Source: Basidiobolus meristosporus CBS 931.73 (Eukaryota > Fungi > Basidiobolomycota). Taken from it: a stretch of DNA of 64,000 nt. The stretch spans positions 62,001 to 126,000 of the forward strand of contig MCFE01000140.1 of NCBI GenBank assembly GCA_002104905.1, read 5' to 3'. The position numbers and the translations under genes were made by a program. Below, piece after piece: positions 13,475-27,899 of this stretch (position 1 is its first letter; each line of letters begins with the position of its first letter). The notes under the pieces were generated by a model that saw only the letters and a program-made list of their open reading frames with translations, ran no database searches and was not told the origin of the DNA.

Positions 13475-16400
13475 TATTGATATGTTGGGCTGTTTAGTAT
13501 CATTCAGCAGCTGAAAATTAAATTAAAAATTCTGTACTAGTCTTGGTCACTGTAGTACTAGCTTACAGCCCTAAATTTGCCACTTTTTTCAGATTTATGA
13601 TCCCAAGATTATTTAACTATGGTCATGAGCAACCTAATATTTTTACCAATCATTGTGTACCAACCTTGAAATTGTTACAGAATGCTCCTTAATGCTGAGA
13701 AACCCTCCTTACTTAGAGTCACAGGTGTATCACTTCTGTTATGGTATAAAACTAAGTTGGCTTATGAATAAACTACAGTTGAACTATTATCACCATTTAT
13801 TAACAAGTTCCTTGTGTCCAAAGCACTTCTTAAATTGCAACAGGTTATGTGCCTCAATTGCAGTAAAGGTAGTCGAGCCCAAAGGAACAGCATAAGAAGT
13901 TTTAGAGCTTAAGACAAGGAGAGAAAAGCAATTAATGCCGCAAGTATCAATGTGCAAGTCTTGTTCATTGAAAAATTTTATGCCTCAAATACTGCTAAAG
14001 CTGCATAGGAATCCTTAAAGAATATCTTCAGATCAAAACGTATTTAAAAAGAAAGATCTTGAGCATGAGGAAGAAGCCAGAGGATGACATGCTACAACTT
14101 ATACCCATTAAGGAGATACTTGCGGAAGAACTCTACATGATCAATGCTGGTGTAGATGATGAAAAAAAATACTCTGTCTGCTTTGCAGTTTACCAGACAA
14201 GTATGTGCAACTCATACTTTCTTTGAAAGCAAAGAAGACAGTTTGACTTTACACTATGTCAAAGGAGGACCTCTGCATGGAGACCTGAGATGTAGACCTG
14301 GTTGCTGTAACTACTGCAAGAAGCCAGGACACTAGGCAAGAAAATGCAAGAAGAAACAAGCATACAAAAAAGAGATACTAGAGCAGGCAAACCATACAAC
14401 TGCATATGCCCAGTTATATGTAACTGTACAAGACAGCACAAGTAATCATAGTAATGAATGATACGTTAACTGTGGTGCATCACAGCATATTTCCGGTGTA
14501 AAGAAGTGTTTCAACTACCTAAAGACTCTTTCCACAAGAAAGGCTAATTGGGGAGACAATTCCACACTGGATGCTACTACCAGTGGGTCTATGCAGCTAA
14601 TTATGAGTGACATGTCAGGGCCAACAGCAGCAAAACTGACTAACATACTCCATGTGCCTGGAATAGCAAAGAACTCTCTCTTAGTTGGTAAATAACTACT
14701 TATGGGCTGAAATTAGTATATGCTACATTGAGCTGGGCAATAATGAGTGAAAATGAACAGTAACTTGCTGTGTGAATTTGAGATTGCAATATATTCAAGT
14801 AACAATGCATAATCATTGGCCCTCAGTATGTCAGCATTGCTGAAACTGATGAAACTAACTAACTAGTCAAATTGAGTGCTGTTAAGAGATCTTCATATGG
14901 CCAATAAGCTAGGTAACCTTTCAAGAGCTCAGGAGGTGTCAACACCACCAAGATATTTGCTATTATGCACTCAGACATATGTAGTCCCACAAGAACACTA
15001 TTCCTTAGAACTAAGAGAAACTTTATCACATATGATGATGACAAGAAAAGATAAATATGGGTGTACTTCCTCAAAACAGAAGATGCAGCTTTAGTGATGT
15101 TTAGGTATTTCAAGAACATGGCAGAAATACTAACTGTATGTAAATTGAGCACACTGCAAGTTGTCTATGGAGAGGAACACTGGTCAAAACTTTTTGCAAA
15201 AACAGCTTGTCCACAGATATACTTGCACAGACCATTGTTCCATATAATATAAAACATGATGGAGAAGCAGAATGTGCAAGTAGAAGAGTAATAGATATGC
15301 AAATATCTATGCCAGTTGAAAAGCAAATGAGTTTCAGGATCTGGCAGAATCAGTTGCTACTGTGGTATAAGTTAAAAATAGCTGTCCAACAACAGCACAA
15401 TGCGACTTTACACTCTTTGAAGCATAAACAGGCAAAAACCAGATCTCCAGTATCTCAGGATCCAATGAAGTGATGTTTTCTATCACATCCTTGACACAAA
15501 ATACTCAAAGTTGGAGCCAAAGAGTAGAAAATGGATCTTTCTTGGCTACTTTGAAAATGCCAAAAGGTATAGAATGTATGAAGGCAAATTCAGAAGCTCA
15601 ATAAGGGCAGCAACATAGCATTGAGGAGAATTCAGATCAGAACGCCACAAAGATCATTGACCAGCTACCTGATGATGCAATCACCACTGATGAAAAAGAT
15701 ATGTACCTAATCCAGCCAGATATGGAAGAAAACTCTACCAGTTCCAGAGTAGAACCAATTATCCAGCTAAGTAGATCTAACAGAATAAGGAGTTCCCCTG
15801 GATCTTGTTGGCAGCTGTCTAATGACCATGTAGCAGCTTATCTTGCCTAATGTGCCAAACCACTGAATCCAGAGCAAGCAATACAAAGTCCAGATGCTAT
15901 TATGCAGCAACAAGCCATGTGGGAAGAGTGCTAATCATTGATCAGGGCAAAAATAATGGAACTGGTAGGTACAATAAGTGGCAGAAACTCAATAGGATGT
16001 ATATGGGTCCACAAGATCCAGATAGCCCCAAATGGTGCCAATGATAAGTGGAAAGCTATATTGGTAGCCAAAGACAATTCCCAGATCCAGCAACTGGTTG
16101 TTAAGGAAACATATGCTCAAGTGGCCAAATATACTCCATTAGGACAGTTCAAGCCCTGGCAGCTGTACACAGTCCAGATCCATGCCAAATAGATGTCAAT
16201 ACTGCCCATCTAAGTGTGGATCCACCAGAAACCATATATTTGGAGCAACCAGATGATTTTACCAACTGAAAGGCTTCCATAAGGTGTCCAGACTTAGGAA
16301 ACTATTGTGTTGGCATAAGTAGGCTCCTAGAGCATGGTATCACATGATTGACACATATCAAGAGCACATTGGGCGCATTTGTAGCATGGCATATCATGGT

Positions 16401-17761
16401 ATATGAGTGAAACGGCTCAAAGAAAACAATTATCCTGATACTTTATGTGGACAACCTAGTAATAGCTACTAGTGACTGGGAGGCACTTAAAAAACAAAAT
16501 TAGGCCTCCTCAGCAAGTTTGCCATGGAGGTTTTTGGAGAATTAAGCCATTTTCTTGTCTTTGAAGTCAAGTTTTAGATACCTACACAGAAAACTGTGCT
16601 GAATCATTCCAAGTGCATCAGGGACATTCTTAGATGCTTTGGAATAGAAGATGCATGCCTGCAGCAACCATCATAGACAATGATCTGATATTGAGCAAAT
16701 CCTAGCCAGTCTTAGATGAAAACACCCCAAATATGGGCTAAAACCTTTCCTATCAATCAATGGTTGGTAGCCTAATGTACTTGAGGGCTTCTACATGACC
16801 AGGTATTGCAGTGGCAGCTGAAATAGACAGACATCTCCTGCAGAACTATGGATCTGTTCAAATTACAACAGTTAAGGGAATCTTCAGATATCTGCTGGGT
16901 ACTATTAATATGTTTCAAAATATTCTGGAGCAACCAATAGCTGTCAATGTAATAGCTATAGTGATTCAGATTTGGGTAGAGATCCGGTTGACAGATGTTC
17001 CACCACTGGATATGCATTTCTATATGCTTGTGCAACTATTACCGGTAATTGCATAAACAACCAACTGTGGCCCTATATATAACTGAAGCTGAATATATGG
17101 CTACTTGTCAAGCAACTATAGTAGCTGTAAAGCCTCAAAAATTACTCAAAACGTAGGTTCTAATTCAGTTGAAGCAACATATACTTACAAGGATAATCAA
17201 GGATGAACATCATTAACCAGAGATTCCACAAATTATACTTTCTGAGGAAATCTGTAGAAAGTAACTTAGTGTTGTTAGTTTTCTGCCCAGCTGCTAAAAT
17301 TGTGGTAGATATATGACAAATTAACTAGCTAGGCTACAAATTGACAGTCTCAGAGAGGAATAAGGATTAAAAATATATATAGTTGAGGGGCAGTCTTGAT
17401 ATATTGTACTACTTGGTGGCATTTTGCAGCTAGATATATACTCAGCAATTCTGAGTTAGTCTTGGTCACTGTAAGACTAATTGACAGCCTTTACTTTGCC
17501 ACCTTCTTCAGATCTATGCACCTAAGATTATTCCCCTGAAGTTAAGATCAAATCAGCACTTTTACAAACATTACATAAAAGCCCTGATATTGTTACAGAA
17601 TGTGCATGAATGCTGAGAAACACTCCTTACTTAGTGTTACAGATGAATTACCTCTACAAAGGTGAAAATACTGAGCTTCCTTATGAATATGCCACAGAAC
17701 AACTATTATCATTATTTCTTGTTAAGTTCCTTATATCCAAAGCACTTCTTGAATTGCAACA
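13475..17761 (+). mobile_element. Copia-A2, very degenerate, inserted antisense into Copia-A3
   Basis: 5' LTR ~13475-13842 with PBS GGTTATGTGCC; internal region colinear with Copia-A1 but shattered; 3' LTR ~17394-17761; both flanks carry GTAA. Confidence 0.85.
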
Positions 17762-17957
17762 GTAACTTGAATATAATGTGATCTCTGATCTCCAAAGCAA
17801 ATATTTGTCCATTTTCACTTAATATCAGGCATGGCTTAGTGAAAACAAAGTGCAGTCTCTTTGTAGTGACTTTACTTATTGAGAGTAGGTTCTGAGCTAT
17901 TCCATGCACATAGAGTACAATGCTTAGCTTTTCTGTTGTCGTTGGTAAGATATCACT

Positions 17958-18324
17958 TGTTATGATCTGCTGCTTGAATGTTTAAGTTAAATCAGTTTTT
18001 AGTCAAATCAATTAGTACATGTTTAGGTTATCACTATATCAGTATTATCTATCAAGTCAGTAGTATTAGTGAGCAAATGAATCAGCAGATCCTTTTCAGA
18101 CAGAAAGAGATATATTAAGTAGGATCTTATTTGGTAATGATGATGCAATCAAATGAGTCATCAGCCACAACCTACATTAAGAAATGCAATTAGTTAGCAA
18201 TTGATCTGGCAAAATGTATATAAGGAGCTGCTGGAGCCTCAATAAAGATTAGTTCAAGTTGAGTGAATAAAATACTAGCTAAACTCCCTATTCCTCTACA
18301 ACTCTTGTGCCAAGACTTGTAACA
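17958..18324 (+). repeat. Gypsy-A solo LTR
   Basis: TGTTATGATC...CTTGTAACA; 4-bp TSD CACT at 17954-17957 and 18325-18328. Confidence 0.9.
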
Positions 18325-18830
18325 CACTCATATTTAGCTCTATAGCATTAAAGGTGTTCTCTCCTTCTGTTGAAGCTGTTCAGCTTCTTCTGTTGTTCCT
18401 GTAGGCTCAACTTTGTTTACTACAACTATATTCCAAAGCTATCATTGCTCCAGGTGGATTGGTATCTTGATATCTCATGGGCTGTAGTTCTTCCCATCAA
18501 ACCTCTCCTTTACAGTGAAGATATTCAAGTTGTGTTGTTAGCTGGTAGAAGACATCTTCAGAGTAGACTAAGGCAATTGGTGCTCATAACCTGTTGGAAC
18601 CTAAGAAGTGTTCTTGATATAGGACACTTGGCAAGAAATGATGACAAGTGTAGAGCTGTTGATGATTCATAAAAGAGCACTGCATTTATACCTTGATAGA
18701 AGTAATACAGCAGTAACACTAAGTAAGGAGAGTTTTGCTACATTCAGGAGCATTCTGTAATGATTTCATGGCTAGTACAGAATATTTGGTAAAAGTCCTA
18801 ATTTGATCTTGACTATGAGGGAATAAATAT

Positions 18831-21800
18831 CCTTATGCAAATGAACTTGGTCCTGTGGATGGACTCAATCAAGATTGGCCATCATGATCCTGTCAGGAGA
18901 CAGCTATAGTACCAGCAGCTTGAAACTAATGGCCATCAATACAATCTCATAATAGAATTACAATAGCATTTGGCTAATTTCACAGCCAAATAAAGTTAAG
19001 AACATAATGGTGTTTTTGCAGTATTTTACCAAGAGTGACATAGCATTGTTGCAGTCTAAGTGCACTCTACAACTATTTGAGTGAATCTTACTAGCCCATA
19101 TATCCAATTACCCTATGTGTCAAAAAACTTGATTTTGTTTTGATGGCCTTGTTGCATGCCATCCATGATAATATAATGGCAGTATGGCAGCCTACAGATA
19201 GTCCTGTATAATGCTGCTGTACCAACTTACTAAATGGTATTTCCTTTTTCTACCTCTGCTGGTACAACTGAATTATTCCACTATGGAGTCACCCTTCTTT
19301 ATATGCTTACCCACCACCACCATGGGTATTTCACATATTGTTTGAATCTTGAAATACTATTGTCTCCAGCTTATTAACCTCTACAAATGCACACACCTGC
19401 TGCAATTGACATACTTCTATTGCCTAAACTTTACAGCTTTTTAGTGTGACACTTGCAAAGCTGCCATTTACCTTATATTGCTGTTAATATATACCTCTTA
19501 CAAAAATATACTTGGTTGCCACTGCTAATGCCAGGAATAGCTCCTGTATATCTGCAACAAACACTTTGGAATTTAGCCAATATATATTCCTTCTCCCTGC
19601 AGGACTCTAGTCCCCCTCATGAGTGAGCTCTGGCTCATGTTTGTGTGAATTCTGTATTGGATGGTGTAGAACTTGACTAGTGACCAAGAGATTTCTGGCA
19701 CACCTTGGTAGAGTTTTCCTGATAACAGTTGGTTACTTGTCTATGCATTGGGGCTGCTTAGCTTCTTAATTTCATAGGCATAGATGTCTCCTTGTGCAAA
19801 TCTGTCCTCAGGATTATCCACTCTTACTGGCTGTCCTTCATGTACCAGCTCATAACATCTATCACAGACTTGAATGTAGTATTCTTGATGGGATCAAGGT
19901 ATGGCAGTACTGGCAACTTGACGCGTCTTTCTATCTCCTCACACATTGGCTCCATAGGGAACTCCCATAAGGTGAAGCAAGGTCCAATATTCTCAGCACA
20001 CCATGCAAGATGGGGTAGCACATGGATACTGTAGTAGCAGAGACCTACGCATGCAGCTTTATGTCATTAGTGTAGCTGCTCACATTCTGTTGCTAATGCT
20101 TTGCACAAAGGCTGTAGATGCATCAAGTTGCTATTGGTGATTCTCTTCTGAATAAATTTACCTACAATGTCACAAATCACTCCCAATGCTTCCAATGTAC
20201 ACCTGGTAGCTATGGCTTCAGATGGCCACTTGAATATATACAAACTCAGCTCATCCAGTCCTTGAACTTGTATTGTTGCATATGTACATGAATGTTGATC
20301 AAAGCCATGAGAAGTCCGCAGGGTAGAGGATACTCTGTAATATCTTGCCAGTTACTTCATATTTCTCATGTATCTCAAAGGTTGGATTTGGCTTGAAATG
20401 CCCCATGTACAATTTGGTCATCTGTATAGGGATATTGCTGAAAAGTAAATGCATTGCTCCCAGTGGAGAGCTTTTGCTTAAACTGATACTCTCTATTCTA
20501 AGTATTGCTGAACTCCAACTTCTTCCGTTGTAAGACCAATAGCTTATAGCATGCCATCTTTGCTACAATTGCATGCGGACATCTGTATGTTCTCTCTGCA
20601 GAAGGATGATACTCTTGATGTTGGTGTTTGGGTAATAGTAATGTGTGGGAGTTATGGAGTAAGTCCTCTGGATCTTACACATTCAACAGCTATATCATCC
20701 ACTGTGCCAAGAAAAGCCAGTTATCTTGCAGATGACTGTGGTATCTTTAATGCGGTTAATAATATGTGCTTTCACAGGATGGTCATTTACTGTTATCCTG
20801 CTGGAAAGCATAAAAATTTCATTCAAAAATGGATACAGGCAGCTATCCAAATAGGATGGCAATTTAGGCCCAGATATCAGTGGCAGCAAGGGCTGAGGGC
20901 TGAAAACAAGTGGAAAAGAAGCATCAGGCTTCCTGCAGAGTGCCAGCAGGTACAAGCAGGCCATAACAGATGCATTAGAGCTGCATTCATCAAGGAGAAA
21001 ACATAGTTCAGTACAAGAAGCACTCAGACATTGCAGCAGTGAAAGACCTGGCAGTGATAACAGAAAGATAAAGAGGAAAAAGTGTACTCAAGCCAGATAC
21101 AGGGAAGCATAGGAGAAAAGCTGCTGTTCTTGCCAATTGATGCCATAAGCTTGGAATAGACTGAATCCCTTCATAGCCAAGAAGAGCTATCAACAAGAAA
21201 TCAGCAGTTCTCACAAGAGTTGGAAGTGCAGCCAGCTGAGCTACACTCCAGTGAGGTATATGAGTTTGCAGAGAAAGGCAAATTCTCTACCATTGCCTGC
21301 ATGTCCTCAATTGTTTTTGGAGTAGAGATCTCACCAACAGACAAAGTAACAATGCCAAGAACTCAAAAGGTTATTACTATGCCATTCGTGAAATTTTGGA
21401 ACATTAATAGGCACACCAAGAAGTTGCAGCACTTCTTCAAGAGCGGTGCTCAAGAAAACTCACCTGAATATTGCATGGACTTATTGCAAAGGCTAGCAAA
21501 TGAGGAGCTAGGCCTTGCAGTGCCAGCTGAAGACCAGGATATATAGGCACCAGTGAATGAAAAGTGGCACAAAGCTGTAGATTGCCCACCAAAGCTGTGG
21601 AAAAGAGCATTACAGCAGAAATACTTGTTGAGTGGTGGACTTTAATGGAGTTACTTGTTAAGTATGGGGTTGGGCTTCATGTTAGTGTAGGGTATAGGTA
21701 CTTGTATAAATCAGTACACTTGGCAATTGAGGTACAACTAATATTTCAACAGAAACAATCAATTTGTATGCTTGAAGAGTCAGAGAAATGTTTGGATCAT

Positions 21801-22088
21801 GTAGTAAGATTGTGGAAAAGAGGCAATAGCAAATCAATGCACACAAATGTGGGAAGTGACTGAGTGTTGGGGATCATGAAGTGAGAAAATTGGCAGAGAA
21901 CTATTCAAATTCCACTACTGTATAATTGTGATGACAAGTTTTGACAACTTTTTTTTGTAATATTGGGGTTGCAATTACTTTTTGATGGTTTTAGTGCAGT
22001 GTCCTGATGGGATCAATACCTCTTAGTCACAGGACTTAGAATTTGTGGCAGCCTTTTGATGCAATTATCATAATAATTTTTAATAGGG
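18831..22088 (-). mobile_element. CMC/EnSpm (CACTA-like) copy 1, internally deleted, inside the Copia-A3 LTR
   Basis: Ends CCTTATGCAAAT... and ...TTTTTTAATAGGG. Minus-strand tnp2 remnants (LAWCAENIGPCFTLWEFPME; LISGPKLPSYLDSCLYPFLNEI) and plus-strand accessory remnants. The flanks rejoin into Copia-A LTR sequence. Confidence 0.75.
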
Positions 22089-22221
22089 GATAAAATCAGA
22101 AATCTGAAAGAAAGTGGCAAAGATAGAGCTATAAACTAGTCCTAGAGTGACTCAGATTAGTCAAGAACTGGTAAGTAGATCCTAGCTGTTGAATGATACT
22201 AAATTGACCAATAATACCACA

Positions 22222-22700
22222 GACTACCAAACCAAAAATTTGGCCATAAGTACATAAAAGTTCTTGAACCAGAAAGTACTCAAATATAGCTCTGATAGCA
22301 AGGAAGAATAAGATGCATCACCAAGCATTAGTCACTTTCCAGGAGGGTAATCAGAACCCTTAGTAGGAGATGACACTTTCTCTTGCAGCTATTGCAAGAG
22401 GATAGGACACATATCAGACCAGCACTTTGGAAAGAAAGATGATCAGCAGAAAAGATTCAAATAAGAGGATGCTTTAACCTATATAGATGATCTAATGAGA
22501 TCTAAACTCAATATTACCATTTACTCAGCTTTTAAATGTTGCATACTGACTCTGGAGCATCTCAGCACCTCACAAATCAAATATAAATTTCAATGCACTA
22601 CCAAGAAGTAGATATCACAATGGTTCTGATTGTAGTCAGCATAAATATAATGCTGTTAAGTATGTACCTTTCTAGAGAGACCTCAGCAATAGATAGGCAG
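22222..22700 (+). pseudogene. Copia-B-like gag/protease remnant
   Basis: Degenerate similarity to 32000-32330 (zinc knuckle, then TDSGASQHL). Confidence 0.55.
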
Positions 22701-23828
22701 TAGTACTGACTCTTTTGTCTGTTGGAGCAAAAGATTTCTACTGGTAACAGTGCATTTGCATTACAACAATATGCCTATACTGATGGCCAGGTTGTACATG
22801 GGCATCTCAAGCTAAATGAGCCCTTTGGGATACAGGAGAGATTTGAAGAACTGGCAAGATATTACAGAGTATCCTCTACCCTGTCTGTGATAGGATATGA
22901 GCAGCTACACTACAAGCATAGGGCTGAATGTGTAAACTTTGGCTGCTACTGTATCCATTTGCTACTCCATCTTGCTTGGGGTGTTGCAAATATTGGACCT
23001 TGCCTCACCTTTTGGGAGCTCTATGGAGCAGATGTATGGGGAGATAGAAAGACAAGTCAAGTTGCAGGTACTACCACATCCCAATCTCAGCAAGAATATT
23101 CCCTTCAAGTCCATCATGAATATGATGAGCTGGTACTTATAAAACATGCAGTAGGAGTTGAAAATACAGAGGAAAGATGTGCACATGGAGACATCTATGC
23201 CAATGGCATTAAGAAGCTAAGCAGCCACAATGCATGGGCAATCAGTTAGTGATGCAGAGTTGTGTTGGGTGCAAAAAGCAACCAATTTTTATTAGGAATG
23301 CACTACTAAGGTATGTTGGGTCTCTCTTGGTCACAAGCAAGTTTCTACTCCATTCAATACAGAATTCACACAAACAAGAGCCATAAAACACCCATAAGGG
23401 GGACCAGAATCTAGTAGGGAGACGGAATATATTGGCTCAATACCAAAAAGTTCTTTGCAGATATTCAGGAGGTATTCATGGCAGAAATACCATTAGAGGC
23501 TTGTAATGAAGCTGTAAAAACACCATTAAGTTTTTTGCCACATAAGACAATTGGATTTTCTTGCCAGTTAGATCCACTTAAATAGGTGTAGAGTGTATTA
23601 AGACTGTGGCAATGCCATGCCACCCTTGGTACAACACTGTACAAACACTTTTATGTTTTTTAACCTTATTTGGCTGTAAAATTAGCCAAACACCATTGTG
23701 ATCCCATCCTGAGATTATGTGGGTGGTTGTTAATTCCAAGCTGCTGGTATTAAAGTGGTCTCCTGATGGGATCTTGGTGGCTGATCCAGATTTGATACAC
23801 CTGTGGGACCAAATTATTTTTTGTAGGG
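22700..23828 (+). mobile_element. CACTA-like transposase 3' fragment with terminus
   Basis: ORF 22722-23249 (HLLLHLAWGVANIGPCLTFWE). Ends AAATTATTTTTTGTAGGG, which is CCCTACAAAAAAT on the minus strand. Confidence 0.75.
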
Positions 23829-24160
23829 TAGCAAGTATATTGTTAGCTGATACTAAAGCACTACACTATGACAAACTATTGTGATGATCACATCAAAAGG
23901 CCATCACAAATTTAAGTCCTGTAATTAAGAGATACTGTCCCAATCAGGACACCATGCAGAGACCTTTGAAAAATAAATGCACCCCAGATTTCTCAAAAAA
24001 CTTAGTCAAAATATTTCATCACATCAGTATATTAGTGGCTTTTGATTAGTTCTCTGCCAATTTTCTCACTTTCTGATCCCAGACACTCAATTGCCTTCTA
24101 TATTTGTGTACATTGATTGGCTATAACCACTTTTTCACACTTCTCACTTCCCAAATCAAC

Positions 24161-24958
24161 TGCTGTGGTGGTGTAGAGGTACTCCTGGGAGAAGCGGCCC
24201 AACTCAAGGTGTGTGAGGTGTCTGATGGGTGCAATAACCTTGGGGTCTAAACTGCTGGTGTCTTTGTCAATACGTCACTATGGTAAAAGCTCCTGCTTCT
24301 CTAGCTTCCTAGGTGCTCCAAGTATCTCCAAAGGCCTCTATGTGTCTTGTGCGCTACCCTGAAAAGCTCCTTGATGGCAGGTCTGAGGTGTAACTATTGA
24401 AGGTAGGTGCAGTGATCAACTGCTAATCAATAAGGGAGAAGTTTTACTGATACAAGGGATGATTCATTGGTAGGGATTGACTTCCCTTAAATACTTGTCC
24501 TGATTGCCAAGTAGTTACTAATCACAAGGCTCTAGAAGAATCCAGGCATTAGTGGAATTCTTGATGACATCACTATGAGCTAAAAATATACTAAGAATGT
24601 CCTGGAAGGTTCTAAAAGGCACAACACATCCAACCAATTAGGGATTGGTAGTTTGAAACCTGTGCAACTAGAGATACCATATATGGTATTTAAATGGTAA
24701 GGATGGTAACACAGACTTAGGTCATTTGTCATAGGTACTGATGTGAGTACTTGCCCAATGTAGATACATATACAGATCCCAAAGCTGAATAATATCTGGG
24801 ATAACTATTGCTAATAACTAATCAGGGTAAATATTATATGGGGGTAATACTAGTAATATGGGCAAAAGAAGATTGGGAATATACTGATAAGATAAAATAT
24901 GGATAGGTACAACATAATAGCTATAAGAATAAACTTGTCTCTGGGAGGTGTGTTTACC
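24161..24958 (-). repeat. Orphan LTR-like repeat family C
   Basis: Reverse-complement similarity to 62237-62900 and 49801-50240; non-coding; interrupts the CACTA sequence. Confidence 0.55.
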
Positions 24959-26853
24959 CTACTACACTGTTTCTCTTACTCTTTATGCATACAAATTGAT
25001 TTATTTCCATAGAAACTTCAGTTGTACCTCAAATACCGTTATATTGATCTATTCAAGTCCCTATGCCCTATACTAACATTAAGCCCAACCCCATATTTGA
25101 CAAGTAACTCCATTAAAATCCTCCACTCAATATGTATATCTGCTGTAAAACTCTGTTTGATGACTCTGGCAGAAATCCAACAACTTTATGCCACTGTTTA
25201 TTCACTTTTTCCCACATGTCCTGGTCTTCAGCCAGCACTGCAAGGTATAGTACATCATCTGCCAGTCTTTGCAAAAAATCCTTGCATTATTCAAGTGAGT
25301 TTTCTCAAGCACTGCTCTTGAAGAAGTGCTGCAACCTTGTGGTGTGCCTGTTAATGTTGCATAATTCCATTGAAGGCATTATGATAGTCTTTGAAGTTCT
25401 CAATGTTGTAGCCTTGTCTGTCAGTGGGATCTCCACTCTGTCTACAGTGGAGGATGTGTATAACTGCAGTAGACAAGTTACCTTTTGCTGCAAATCATCC
25501 ACCTTGCTGGAGTGTAGCACAACTACCTGTGCTTCCAACTCTTGTGAAAACTGCTGTTTTCTTGTTGATAATTCTACTTGGCTATGATGGAATTCAGTCT
25601 GTTCCATGCTTATGACAATAATTGGCTAGAACTGCAGCTTTTTTTGTATGCCTCCCTCTCTCAGGCTTGGGTAGACTTTTTCCCTTTACCTTTTCCTTTA
25701 TCACTGCCCAGTCCTGCACTGCTACTCTGTCTGAGTGCTTCTTGTAATGAACTATGTTTTCCCATTGATATATTCTGCTCTAATATGTCTATTTTGGCCT
25801 GCTTGTTCCTTGCTGGCACTCTCCTGGCAGCTTGACGTTTCTTTACCACTTGTTAGGAGCTCTCAGCTGTAGTTGTGACAGGCTTCTGAGAAAGCAACTG
25901 GTTTATATCACTGCCAGATCCTTCATTGCTACTTTGACTGAGTGCTTCTTGAGTGGTACTACACTTTTTCATTGACAAATGTTATGCTGGTGCATCTGTT
26001 TCTGCCTGCTTGTCCCTAATTGGTACTATTCAGCTACCTGACATCTCTTTGATTCTTGTTTGAAGCTTTTGGCCCTGCTTGTAACAGGCGCTTAAGGAAG
26101 CCACTGGTTTTTAGCCATGGCACCAATGTTCTTCTGCCTTTGATAGTTTCTGCTATTCCTGAGATACTTTCTTGGCATATCAATACTGGCCAAAAATCTG
26201 CTTGCCTATTTGAACCCAAGATAATGCTCATTGAGCAAGTCAAGTATATTTTGCTTGGTCTTGATTTCCTGATTGCCCCATGGTATATTGGCCTTATGGT
26301 GATGGTATGCTAGACTTCTAACAGCCTCTTGAATATTAGCCCACTCTTCATTATTGCACTCAACACCATCATGGATCTTCAATGTGTTTGATTTTTAGGC
26401 TTTGGTACAAGCACCACCTAGTCTCCCTCCCAAGCTCTGATAGGTGTTTATTTGGGCTTTATCTTTGGGCAATGTAGTGGCGCTCCAAAGACTGTGTGGT
26501 GTACCTCTGATGTTTCATTTGGAAATGGCTCAATTATTGGCTGAGACATTGAGCTACTTGAGTTTCTTCTTTGCTGCAAATATACTGCTTTCTCTACCTG
26601 GGATATTGATTGCTCTACACATACTCTCTGCTCATCCTGTCTCTCAAGTATTTCCTGAATTCTCTAGGCCATTGCATCTAAGCTATCAGCCACTGCACCC
26701 AATTGCTTCATTAATGCTTTGGAATCAGCTGACAACATACCTGCTAATATGGTTGGTGGTGATGTTTTGACAGCCACTTGCTTGTCTTCAGCTGAAGGTA
26801 CTGAGCTTGATACACTCTCATTTGCCTGAGCTGGTCACTTTGAGTACAAAGTA

Positions 26854-27786
26854 ATGCTATTTGGCCTCACCAATGCCCCTGCTGTGTTTCAACACCTCAT
26901 GAACAGCATATTCCATGAATACCTTGACCAGTTTGTGGTAATATACCTTGATGATATTCTCATATACTCCAAGAGTCAAGATGAACACAATGAACATGTC
27001 AAGAAAGTATTGAGAGAACTAGACTCTGCTGGTCTCTATGCCAAGCTAGAGAAGTGTGAATTTGACCAGAGAGAAGTGGAATTTCTTGGTTACCTCATCA
27101 GCCCTGAGGGAACAAGAATGGACCCAAAGAAAGTTGACTCAGTCCAATCCTGGAAAACTCCAAGCTCAGTCAAGGAAGTACAATCCTTCCTAGGATTTGC
27201 CAACTTCTATTGCAGGTTCATAGCCAACTACTCCAAGATAGTCACCCCTCTGACAAAGCTTACCCAGAAGTGCACACCTTTTGCCTGGAATGAGGAGCAA
27301 TCCACCTCATTCAACCAACTCAAGAAATCTTTCCTGAAGGCCCCCCTGCTTGCCCACCCTGACCTTGAGAAGCAATTCATAGTGGAGACTGATGCTTCTG
27401 ATTTTGCCCTTGGTGCCATACTCTCCCGGTATGATGAAGACAATGTGTTGCACCCCATTGCATTCTACTCTTGGAAGTTTTCCCCTGCAGAGATCAACTA
27501 TGATATTTATGATAAGGAGTTGCTTGCCATCATTGTAGCCTTTGAGCAATGGAGATACTACCTGGACGGTGCAAAACACAAAATCAAAGTCTTCTGTGAC
27601 CATAAGAACATTGAGTACTTTGCAACTTCCAAAGTACTAAACCGGAGACAAGCCAGATGGTCACTCTTCCTGTCTAGCTTTGACTTTACTATCACCTATA
27701 GACCAGGTGCAAAGCAAGGAAAGCCTGATGCCCTGTCAAGAAAAAAGGAATATGCCCTGGACGAGGGAGATGATGCCTGTTGGTAA
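26854..27786 (+). pseudogene. Chromovirus RT C-terminus plus RNase H
   Basis: FGLTNAPAVFQ, YLDD, ETDASDFALGAILS, YDKELLAI, DHKN, QARW. Confidence 0.95.
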
Positions 27787-27899
27787 ATGGAACACCCATT
27801 ACTGAGCAAGAAACATTTTGAGATTCTTGCCACCCAGTCCTCAAGTCTTTTTTTATCCCTTCATTCCTAGTAAAGATATCAGAATCCCAAGCCTCTGAT

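Larger units (their letters stand above)
11600..22221 (-). mobile_element. Copia-A3, heavily decayed host of four nested insertions
   Basis: Partial 3' LTR to 11658; RNase H/RT remnants 11608-12560; pre-integrase pieces 13427-13474 and 17762-17957; gag and PBS 18330-18591; 5' LTR split into 18592-18830 and 22089-22221. Confidence 0.75.
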
